Of a stretch of DNA of 64,000 nucleotides, positions 10,656 through 19,814 are shown in pieces; position 1 is the first letter of the stretch, and every line of letters starts with the position of its first letter. Below the pieces are notes generated by a model, which saw only the letters and a program-made list of their open reading frames with translations, ran no database searches and was not told where the DNA came from. The translations under genes were made by a program, and so were the position numbers. Source of the DNA: Tetramitus jugosus (taxonomy: Eukaryota; Protista; Heterolobosea); assembly GCA_937625935.1 (NCBI GenBank), contig OW569356.1:248001-312000 (forward strand). The letters are read 5' to 3'.

Positions 10656-11498
10656 TTATGCCAAGCTGGATTGAGTGATTTGCTTGATGCCCTCCATTTG
10701 AAGGTTATCATTCTTGTCATTTGAGTTTTGGTGGCTTATCCGATGATCATTCTCCAACAGTTCCTGACAAGCCCTTCTTCCCTCCCAGGTGGCCCATTGA
10801 ACAACATGTTGACTATCTTGTTTCCATAGATCAGTTCGTTCGTCTTTGAGTAGGGTGTGTACAATTTCCGAGTGACCATTCCTTGCTGCTAATCGAATAG
10901 GGAGATTGTCATCAAAAGAGGGATCGACTCTTCGATCCATCAACAACAACTTTACAATCTCTAAGTGACCATTGAAACAAGCATCTCTCAGTGCACTATT
11001 GTGTCCTGCGGATGGGTCAACTCTTGAATCGTACAATAATCTTCTCACTACCTCTGTTCTTCCAAAAGCAACCGCTGTTCTGAGTGCAAAGTTGCTGAGC
11101 GCAGATGGATCCACACGATTATCACCCAAAAGATGATCCACGGCGCCAATACTTCCATAGAGCGCAGCATATCGTATTGTACAATTACTCTTTACACTGG
11201 GATCCACCAATCTGTCATCTTCCAACATTCGAAGCACCAGGTGAAAGTAACCTCTCTCGGATGCCCACTTGATTGCGAAATTATCGTTGTCGGATTTGTT
11301 CAGACATGCCCATCCAATCGAGGAAAGATGTTTGTTGAGAAGAAGGGGTCCTCGGTATATATCTCTGTTGGACAAGAATGAAAAGGAATAGAACCAAATA
11401 TCCCAAGGCAACACACTGTAGAGACTGTAGTTGTTTTCCCAGGAACAGGTTAGATCGACGTCGCGATCGACGATGCAGGAGTCATGGTCTGCAATCAT
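10656..11498 (-). CDS. Ankyrin-repeat protein (RVDPS-type repeats) with possible degenerate N-terminal F-box
   Basis: About five repeats of D.RVDPS...N.A(I/L)R.A...G..E(I/V)V..LL. LPWDIWFYSFSFL resembles an F-box start. Confidence 0.8.
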   Translation of the reverse strand: MIADHDSCIVDRDVDLTCSWENNYSLYSVLPWDIWFYSFSFLSNRDIYRGPLLLNKHLSSIGWACLNKSDNDNFAIKWASERGYFHLVLRMLEDDRLVDPSVKSNCTIRYAALYGSIGAVDHLLGDNRVDPSALSNFALRTAVAFGRTEVVRRLLYDSRVDPSAGHNSALRDACFNGHLEIVKLLLMDRRVDPSFDDNLPIRLAARNGHSEIVHTLLKDERTDLWKQDSQHVVQWATWEGRRACQELLENDHRISHQNSNDKNDNLQMEGIKQITQSSLA

Positions 11499-11625
11499 TG
11501 TAGTAATCAATAGAATTTCGTTTTGTGTTGATCAACTGTTGATTTATTTATTTCAATGAAGCAGATCTCTTGAGCCACTCATCGCGATTACAACCAGTGA
11601 TTTTGTATTCACCCAGTTTGTGCAA

Positions 11626-11639
11626 TTTTCGCGCCAAAA
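11626..11639. promoter_or_regulatory. E2F-like site TTTTCGCGCCAAAA in a divergent promoter
   Basis: Contains TTTCGCGCCAAA, the classic overlapping double E2F element. Confidence 0.45.
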
Positions 11640-11994
11640 CCCAAAAAAGAAGTTCAAAAATGGTCGGTGAAACGTTCCCAAATCGCTTCAAAGTTGCTGT
11701 TTGCTTGTCGTGTGTGCCAAATCGAAAAAACAAACAGTGTGGAATTTGCTGTCCATAACATACATGAGTCACCAGCATCATTGTGCACCCTCAATTATAC
11801 AACACCACATCTCACAGACCCCCACCAAGTGATTCCTCCCACCCATTTTCTCATTTTTTTTTCAACTTGGAACCCAAAAGCCAAAACAAAAATATTTTTC
11901 ACAACAACAACAACAAACACGAGGGACAAAGAGACAAAACAACAAAACACGTCTTTTGCTCATTCACTAATATCATCATTCATTTTCAACAAAC

Positions 11995-13428
11995 ATGTCA
12001 TTCAACAACAACAACAACAACAACAATACGATCATTAAACCGGGTACCATCATACGAAATCATTACAGGATACAAGAATCACTGGGTTCTGGTTCCTTTG
12101 GTGAAATTTATTCGGCTGTTGACCTGCTGAACAACAATAGAGAAGTTGCACTCAAGATTGAACGAGTCAACACCAAAAAAACCATTTTAAAATTGGAGAT
12201 TTTAGCTCTCAAGCACCTCCAATCGTGTCCCAAGGTTGTTCGCTATGTTCACTGTGGACAGTGTCGCATCAGAGACAATCATGAAATTAAATTTTTGGCA
12301 ATGGAGAAATTGGGTCATAATTTGGCTCAGTTGCGCAAGGATTATGGTCAAGGTGACACCAACAAACTACGCTTATCACTCAGTACGACAGTGAGACTCG
12401 GAATTCAAATGATTGATTGCTTGGAGGGTGTTCATCGATTGGGATACGTTCACAGAGATATTAAACCATCGAATTTTGTCATTGATCAACTCCCTGCTAC
12501 TACTAATGCTGCTACTATTGCTAATGATACTGCTAATAATACACGGTTGAACACACAGGACACGTCTTCAGAAGACAATCATTCAGAGAAGAATAAGAAT
12601 AATAGTAGTAGTGGTGGTAGTAGTGGTAGTAGTGGTAGCAAAAATGTTTACATTATTGATTTTGGATTGGCAAGGCGTTACATTACGGCATCTGGTGTGA
12701 TTCGACCAGCGAGGAGTGTCGCAGGATTCAGAGGAACAGTTCGTTATGCATCGATTGGATCTCATGAACAAAAAGAGTTGGGTCCACATGATGACATGTG
12801 GAGTGTCTTTTATAGCATGGTAGAGTTTGCAACAGGCAGTCTTCCATGGATGCGAATGAAGGACAAGAGTCAAGTACTTGCACTCAAAAAACAGTACAAC
12901 AATGACAGCCTCGTCTCGACGCTACCCAACGAATTTAGCTTATTTATGAAGCATCTGCAGTCGCTCGCATATGCACAATTGCCGGATTATCAGTACTTGA
13001 GGGACTTGATGAGGGCTATTTGTCAAGAAAATAACTATCAACTGGACGATCCATATGACTGGGAGATGTCTGATCTCAGGAGAAATGACACGGGGCAACA
13101 ACAGCAACACAAGCCAAATCAAGCCATCTCATCCAAGAAGCAACCAAAGCCAGCTCTTCGGTCTCAACCACAACTCTCACCAGCTACGACACGTTCGACA
13201 GCAACATCCAAACAAGTCACAAGTTTACCCAGTCGAAGTACGTTGTACTCTTCGACAACGGACAAGAACACGTCACAGTATCCAACACCAGTTTGGAACA
13301 ACAACAGTCACAACAGTAACCAATATCACCAACAAAAAGTGGGCTACAATCGACTGGGTGATGGATATGTGGAAGATACAGACGGAGAGCTCATCCAAAA
13401 CAAAAAGTGCTGCTGTTGTGTCATGTGA
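11995..13428 (+). CDS. Tau-tubulin kinase-like (CK1 group) Ser/Thr kinase with C-terminal CaaX
   Basis: GSGSFGEIY, HRDIKPSNF, IDFGLAR, VAGFRGTVRYAS, HDDMWS and LPW..KDK are TTBK-like. Ends KKCCCCVM. Confidence 0.88.
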   Translation: MSFNNNNNNNNTIIKPGTIIRNHYRIQESLGSGSFGEIYSAVDLLNNNREVALKIERVNTKKTILKLEILALKHLQSCPKVVRYVHCGQCRIRDNHEIKFLAMEKLGHNLAQLRKDYGQGDTNKLRLSLSTTVRLGIQMIDCLEGVHRLGYVHRDIKPSNFVIDQLPATTNAATIANDTANNTRLNTQDTSSEDNHSEKNKNNSSSGGSSGSSGSKNVYIIDFGLARRYITASGVIRPARSVAGFRGTVRYASIGSHEQKELGPHDDMWSVFYSMVEFATGSLPWMRMKDKSQVLALKKQYNNDSLVSTLPNEFSLFMKHLQSLAYAQLPDYQYLRDLMRAICQENNYQLDDPYDWEMSDLRRNDTGQQQQHKPNQAISSKKQPKPALRSQPQLSPATTRSTATSKQVTSLPSRSTLYSSTTDKNTSQYPTPVWNNNSHNSNQYHQQKVGYNRLGDGYVEDTDGELIQNKKCCCCVM

Positions 13429-13542
13429 TCTCCGACCACAACGGCAGTTGGACAAATTTAATTTGCCGCCCAAACCCGACCCGACAGCAACATCGATCGG
13501 ATCCGAAAACACAGAAAACAAATCACAACATTGTCGTCACGG

Positions 13543-14580
13543 ATGAGCAAAGCGGCGAATGAAACTGTTGTCTCTGGTAGTAGCAGTAGCAACAACGACA
13601 ACAACAACAACAATCGCATCATGATCTATTTTGCGATTGGATTGATCATGGTTGGTTGTTGCTCCAATGTTGTCATTCTGGAACTCATGCTCAACATTGA
13701 TTCACACTGCGGATCACTTGTCACGATTGCTCAATTCTTGTTCATTACTGCAACCAGTATGGGCGGTCAATTTGAACCCAAAAGCTATTGGAAATTGAAA
13801 CAGAGGACAATACCACTCTATTTTCACTTGATTCTTGTTGCTCTCTTCTTTGGACAGAGCATCATCAATAATTTGGCATTTGGTTTCCACATATCTATGC
13901 CCCTACACAGCATATTCCGCTCTGGTTCATTGATTATGAATTTGTTGATTGGTGTCTTGTTTTTCAAGTTGAGAGTGCCGTGGTCCAAGATCTCGTGTGT
14001 CATTGCCATCGTACTGGGCATCATGTGTGCCACGTTTGCCTCCTCTCAAAATGTGAGAGAAAACAAGGAGAATGTCTACAATCAAAAGGTAGAGTTCAGT
14101 ACGTGGGCCCTGGGCATCTGCTTGTTGACATTGTCTCAGATTATGAGTGGCCTGTTGGGCAACTTGCAAGAGTACGCCTATCAGAAATGGGGCAACAATT
14201 GGCGTGAAAACGTGTTTTACTCTCATTTGTTGTCACTTCCATTGTTTATCCTGTTTAGCTCTGGACTCAAATCATCCATCATCAAATTCAATGAACAACC
14301 CATTGCATGGCTGTACATGATACTCAACATCTTGACGCAGTTTATGTGCATTCGAGGAGTCTATCTGATGACTTCAATCTCAGGAACACTGGCCACCACT
14401 CTGACGATTACGATCAGAAAGTTTGTCAGTCTAATCATCAGTGTCCTCTGGTTTGGCAGTCATGTCCGATTTGGGCATTATCTTGCATCCGCCCTAGTGT
14501 TTGGTGGAGGTTGCGCATTTGCGTTGGTCAAGGATGAACAAGAAGAACCCAAGGAAGTCTCAAAGAAAAAGAATGAATAA
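13543..14580 (+). CDS. UDP-xylose/UDP-GlcNAc transporter (SLC35B4/YEA4-like)
   Basis: GCCSNV, NNLAFGFHISMPLHSIFRSGSL, WRENVFYSHLLSLP, TQFMCIRGV, RKFVSL; about 10 TM segments; ends KKNE (ER dilysine motif). Confidence 0.9.
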   Translation: MSKAANETVVSGSSSSNNDNNNNNRIMIYFAIGLIMVGCCSNVVILELMLNIDSHCGSLVTIAQFLFITATSMGGQFEPKSYWKLKQRTIPLYFHLILVALFFGQSIINNLAFGFHISMPLHSIFRSGSLIMNLLIGVLFFKLRVPWSKISCVIAIVLGIMCATFASSQNVRENKENVYNQKVEFSTWALGICLLTLSQIMSGLLGNLQEYAYQKWGNNWRENVFYSHLLSLPLFILFSSGLKSSIIKFNEQPIAWLYMILNILTQFMCIRGVYLMTSISGTLATTLTITIRKFVSLIISVLWFGSHVRFGHYLASALVFGGGCAFALVKDEQEEPKEVSKKKNE

Positions 14581-15023
14581 GATCACATCCATTCACTCGC
14601 TTACGTGCCTATTAATTATCTGTGCACAATCATTTTTATTTCTGTTGGTCGCACCTCTGAGCTACCAGTTTTTGACAAACAATCTTTCCCATACATGGCT
14701 AATCTATTTCAGAAGTGTCGATTGATTTTGATTCCGATTCATAATTAGGAAAAGCTTGACCTGTCTGTAAGCTCGTGTAAATTTAAAGTCCTATTCTTTT
14801 CCTTTTGCAGGGAATGCAAGCACGCCGGAGACAACGGCTGAAAACTTGTCTCACGCATTATTTTCGATTCTTCACCCAACAGAGAGAAGTGATATTGAAA
14901 TAGAGACTTTAGTATTAACTTCCATTCATATATATCCTTCCAAAAAGCACTATTCGAGTTATGAGACTTAGTCTGTGAGGAAGAGCAAAAACGCTGAAAA
15001 ACAAAGTCGTCTTCAAGCCACTC

Positions 15024-16859
15024 ATGTATCGTGCGATGAAGCGGAAGTATTCTGAAGTGTTCCCCAATGCGGGAGCATACAACCCTTGTTTCGTTACAAA
15101 CAACAAGAAACGATTGTTGGGAAGTGTTGATGATCCAGTTAAGCTATGTCGTCCTGGACTCTTCTCTCGATCTCATCCTCAATCTCTCATTGAACTCTGT
15201 AGAACAATACCTTCTGATATAGTAGTTCATGTTCTTCTTCCGTTCGTTGAGAGTCACCTCGTTATCACCCAACAGGACGATCAAAACCACCGCGATCACT
15301 CGTTCTTGTTGAAGAGAATGTTCGGGTACTTTGCAACTGATTGCAACAGGTCAATTTATCCTTTGTTTCCTCGTGTAGAATATCGATTCACCGTGAAAGA
15401 AGTAGGTTTCCATTGTATTTCCGGTGAGTTTGATCCAACATTCTGGGGTCAAGTGAAGGTACTTTCCTTTTCATTGAAAGAGAACCATTTGAAAGTATTG
15501 ATGGAAAGGATTGTATCTAGTGTGAGAATGTTGTTTGAGATTGGAAAACCCTTTCGATTGCAAAGGATTTCTCTTCCTTCATTCTTCACGAGTGAATGTC
15601 ATGATTGTATCACCCAGTCTATTCAATCGCATCCCACAACTCTTCAACGAAACTTAACAACGATTGAAAGTGTAGAGTTGTCACATGACAATGTAGTGAA
15701 GTACCTCAGTTGTTGTCCAAATCTAAAGACTCTATCATTTCCATTGGATCATCGTCTGTGGTACTCTAGTCCACAAAACGAACTCATTAATGAATGTGAT
15801 CAGAAAGCAGTATCCAAGATGGTCGAGGTTGTGAATTCGCACAAACACGTTGAGCATCTATCTCTTGGGAATGGTTGGCAAAGGTGTGCTGTTCAACTAC
15901 TTAATGTCCCCTCTCTCGTTTCCCTCTCACTGTACAACTTCTCATGGAACAACCTGCACATGACTAATGTAAACAAGGGAATGAAAAAAGTTGTTCTGGA
16001 TGCCAATGACACTCTTATTTCCAACATGTTGATTCAGTGCCCTTGCATAGAGGAGTTATGGGTGATCCGCTCAGCTTTTCAACCATCTTCAATTACAGGA
16101 GTGGGTTTGATGCAGATTTCCAATTGTCTTTCCCTAAAGAAACTTCTCTTACAATCTATAGAGAAATTTCAAGACGGAAAGTTAGCCAAACTCGCTCAGA
16201 TGCCGAACCTTGAAGAATTGGTCTTGAGAGACTGTAGTGTAACAAAGAATGGATTGAAACGACTCTTTTCTCCTCGGGGTGCACTTCAAAGAGTAGTTAT
16301 ACACAAATCCCGAGCAAAGGGGGATATGTTCCACTCATTACCAAGAATTATCTCCTTGGATGAACTGGAAGTATCAGAGACAATCTTGACTCAGAGGGAC
16401 TTAGTATATCTCCTTCGAAGTGCACAGATTAAGAAATTGAAGATATCTCTATCCAAAAACAGCAGTACTGGCATGAACGAGTTGACGGAGGTTCTATCTT
16501 CATGGAAGGCTCCCAATTACTCATTGTCTGAACTTCATGTGATCAATTACGCTTTCTCGATCGAACAAGTCGTCCAACTCTGCCGAATGCTCCCAAACTT
16601 GAAGTATCTCTACGTATCTCTGAGTCAAAATTTCCTTGATTACCTCTCAGCACTCACCCATTCTCTTTGTCGAACAAGACTATTGGAGTTGGGATTCTAT
16701 TACTGTGACACCCGACACGAACAACACTCACTACTTATCCGAAGTCAGAACCTCTCCATCTGCCCTCGCCTGGCATCTATTTTGCAATGGTCTTACGAAC
16801 GACCCACAAACCAACCAGACCTCCACCTCATTGTATCCCCACTGAACCTCCTTCATTAA
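15024..16859 (+). CDS. Leucine-rich-repeat protein with possible degenerate F-box
   Basis: Repeated CPNLKTLSF, PNLEELVLRDC and PNLKYLYV units; IPSDIVVHVLLPFV near the N-terminus; intronless. Confidence 0.65.
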   Translation: MYRAMKRKYSEVFPNAGAYNPCFVTNNKKRLLGSVDDPVKLCRPGLFSRSHPQSLIELCRTIPSDIVVHVLLPFVESHLVITQQDDQNHRDHSFLLKRMFGYFATDCNRSIYPLFPRVEYRFTVKEVGFHCISGEFDPTFWGQVKVLSFSLKENHLKVLMERIVSSVRMLFEIGKPFRLQRISLPSFFTSECHDCITQSIQSHPTTLQRNLTTIESVELSHDNVVKYLSCCPNLKTLSFPLDHRLWYSSPQNELINECDQKAVSKMVEVVNSHKHVEHLSLGNGWQRCAVQLLNVPSLVSLSLYNFSWNNLHMTNVNKGMKKVVLDANDTLISNMLIQCPCIEELWVIRSAFQPSSITGVGLMQISNCLSLKKLLLQSIEKFQDGKLAKLAQMPNLEELVLRDCSVTKNGLKRLFSPRGALQRVVIHKSRAKGDMFHSLPRIISLDELEVSETILTQRDLVYLLRSAQIKKLKISLSKNSSTGMNELTEVLSSWKAPNYSLSELHVINYAFSIEQVVQLCRMLPNLKYLYVSLSQNFLDYLSALTHSLCRTRLLELGFYYCDTRHEQHSLLIRSQNLSICPRLASILQWSYERPTNQPDLHLIVSPLNLLH

Positions 16860-16988
16860 TCTCATTGAATCATCAAACAAAAATTTGATGAAAATGGCGG
16901 CAAAAATTTGCCACATGTGAAAAAACACAACAAACACTTCTCAACAACAGCAAGTAATATAATAAACACATCAAAAAACATCATCATC

Positions 16989-18947
16989 ATGGCAACAAAC
17001 AGTGATGCAAAATCCTTATTTCTCTCATTGACTGGTGGTCTCAAATTCAACAACAAAAAATACAAGACGGACATTGAAAAATTCAAGAGTGGAACCGTGT
17101 CGAGAGTAGGTGATGTTGTGATTACGGACTCTAGCAAACAAAACAATCAACTTTCACACATGAACAATACCAAATTATCATCATTTATTCCAGTGAACAA
17201 TTTGGATTTCTTTGGAAATTCTAATCATACATCAACAACAACAACAACATCAACAACAGCAACTACTACGACTACTACGAACGAGAGTAGTGATCATGAT
17301 GAGAATGAATCAAGTGATGATGAGAGTGAAGCAGATGACAACACTACCACAAACAATAACAATAGTAGCAACAGTGATGATGATGATGACGATGAGCAAG
17401 AGAGTGTCAACAACAACAACAACAACAATACTCATCATCAACGCAACACATTGACCCATGATGAAATTCAACAATTGAGAAAAAAGAACAAAATCTATGT
17501 GAGGGGCACAGATCCAATCCCATGTCCAATCGAACACTTTTCACAACTAAAGTCCATTGTTCGACCCTATCTATTGAAGAATATACAACAAGAGTACATG
17601 AACCCTACGCCTGTTCAAATGCAAACACTTGGTATTCTCATTCCACCACCAGTATCATCATCATCACAATCATCACAATCATCATCATCACTGAAAAACA
17701 AGCAGAGAGAATTGTTGGTGAGTGCACCTACAGGTTCAGGAAAGACTGCATCGTTTGTCATTCCGATTCTACACGATTTGAAAGCACCTGAAAAAACAAT
17801 TGGTTTCAGAGCAGTGGTCATTGCTCCTACACGTGTTCTCGCCGAACAAATCTATCAAGTGTTTCTGACGTTTGCACGAGGAAAGAGTTGGTCCATCAAA
17901 TGCGTCACTGATGAGAGCTTGAACAAACTGAGAGAACAATTGACTTCACTCAAGAATGATATCCTAGTGGCTACACCACTCAAATTGATTACTTTGATTC
18001 GTGAGGGTATTGTCTCTATGGCTCACGTGCAGCGATTGGTGTTTGATGAGGCTGATCGCTTGTTCGATATGGGATTTGCAGAGCAGATTGATGAAGTCTT
18101 GTCCGCCTGTACCCATCCTCAATTGAGAAAGTTGTTGTTTAGTGCGACGATACCGTTGGGAGTTGAACAATTGGCAAGCACCATTCTCAACGATCCCATT
18201 CGCATCTCCATTGGTGTCAAGAACTCTGGAGCAGAGACGATTGAACAAAAGTTGGAGTTTTGTGGAACAGATGCAGGAAAGTTGTTGGCTCTGCGATCTC
18301 GCATACGTCAGGGACTGAGACCACCTGTTCTCATCTTTGTTCAGAGCATTGATCGAGCAAGGCAGCTATACAATGAGCTGCTGTATGATCAGTACAGTGT
18401 GGACTATATTCACGGTGGAAGAAGTGAGAACCAGACGAGACAAGTTGTGAACAACTTCCGTCTCGGTAAGATTTGGGCATTGATCTCAACAGATGTCATG
18501 GCTCGTGGTCTCGATTTCAAAGGTGTCAGCTGTGTTATCAATTATGATTTCCCTGTGAGTATTGTGTCGTACATTCATCGTATTGGTCGTACGGGTCGTG
18601 CGGGACAACAAGGTGAGGCCATCACCTACTTTACGTATGATGACATTCCACTGCTCAAGAATATTGCGAATGTGATGAGAAAGTCTGGCTGCGAAGTGCC
18701 AGAGTGGATGCTGCACATGAAGAAGGTGAGCAGCAAGGAATTGGCTAATACTGTCATCAAACAAGCCACAGAGAGCAAGAGAGGTCGCTTTGCTCACAGC
18801 AAGTTCAAGAAGGACAACAAGAAACCAACACAACCACGTGACACAACAAGCAAGCAACAACAACAGAAGAAGCAGAAGAGACAAGAACGGCCAGCGTCAT
18901 CAACCGAAGAATCAAAGAGGAAGAACAAGAAGCCTCGCACGAAATAA
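16989..18947 (+). CDS. DDX52: DEAD-box RNA helicase DDX52/Rok1
   Basis: PTPVQMQ, APTGSGKT, DEADRLF, FSAT, PPVLIFVQS, ARGLDFKGV, YIHRIGRTGRAG, SGCEVPEWM. Confidence 0.92.
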   Translation: MATNSDAKSLFLSLTGGLKFNNKKYKTDIEKFKSGTVSRVGDVVITDSSKQNNQLSHMNNTKLSSFIPVNNLDFFGNSNHTSTTTTTSTTATTTTTTNESSDHDENESSDDESEADDNTTTNNNNSSNSDDDDDDEQESVNNNNNNNTHHQRNTLTHDEIQQLRKKNKIYVRGTDPIPCPIEHFSQLKSIVRPYLLKNIQQEYMNPTPVQMQTLGILIPPPVSSSSQSSQSSSSLKNKQRELLVSAPTGSGKTASFVIPILHDLKAPEKTIGFRAVVIAPTRVLAEQIYQVFLTFARGKSWSIKCVTDESLNKLREQLTSLKNDILVATPLKLITLIREGIVSMAHVQRLVFDEADRLFDMGFAEQIDEVLSACTHPQLRKLLFSATIPLGVEQLASTILNDPIRISIGVKNSGAETIEQKLEFCGTDAGKLLALRSRIRQGLRPPVLIFVQSIDRARQLYNELLYDQYSVDYIHGGRSENQTRQVVNNFRLGKIWALISTDVMARGLDFKGVSCVINYDFPVSIVSYIHRIGRTGRAGQQGEAITYFTYDDIPLLKNIANVMRKSGCEVPEWMLHMKKVSSKELANTVIKQATESKRGRFAHSKFKKDNKKPTQPRDTTSKQQQQKKQKRQERPASSTEESKRKNKKPRTK

Positions 18948-19814
18948 AACAATTCTAAGACGATAATGTTTTTGAGTTTGTACGATCGCAACGCGTTGTT
19001 CACACCCGAAGGTGTGTCACTAAGTTGCAACCTTGAATCTCATAACTGTGCGATATGATAAGACCTACAAGAATGGACACACGTTATGGAACTGTGCTGA
19101 ACTTTCTTAATAATCTTTTCTAAGTCATAGATGCGCCCACAAACAGAATAATGACCTTGCAGGATAAAAAACTGCGAGAAATTATGGGTTGTCGAGTTGT
19201 TTTCTTTGTTTTTTGTGGTGAGGGCTGCCAATAGAATGGTCAACCGAAGATGGATTGAAGGACCTCCCTAGAAGTGTGGCCTTGTTGGAGAAAACTGAGC
19301 ATAAATGAAGGGTTGCTGCAGGAGTTGTCGAATCCGCGCACCACTCACTTGTCTGAGGAACAAAAAAAGACTCTAATTTCGGAAGACAACAAATAAGCAA
19401 CATACAACAACAACAATATCATCGTGTACACACAACAAAAAGCAGCTCTCAACCAACAATCAGAGTCCTACTACTACGACAACTACTACTCCTCCTCCTG
19501 TGAATATTGAATCAATCATTAGAACTTGACTTAAAAAAAAGTCACGACACATCACGCAAGCAACAGTAACATTGCACAGTTCAAAAAAAAAGCAAGACTC
19601 CTTTGTTTCAACAAACAACAAGATCACTACTGTGTCGACTTGATATAGATATTGAACCTCACCCATTATTATTACTAATTATTGAAATTGTTACAAATTG
19701 GATCATTCAACTACCAACTACCAACCACCAACAACAACAACAACAACAACACACATTAGCAACACGTGCGAATCAACAACACAACACACAACAAGAAGAC
19801 ATATATCATCGCAC

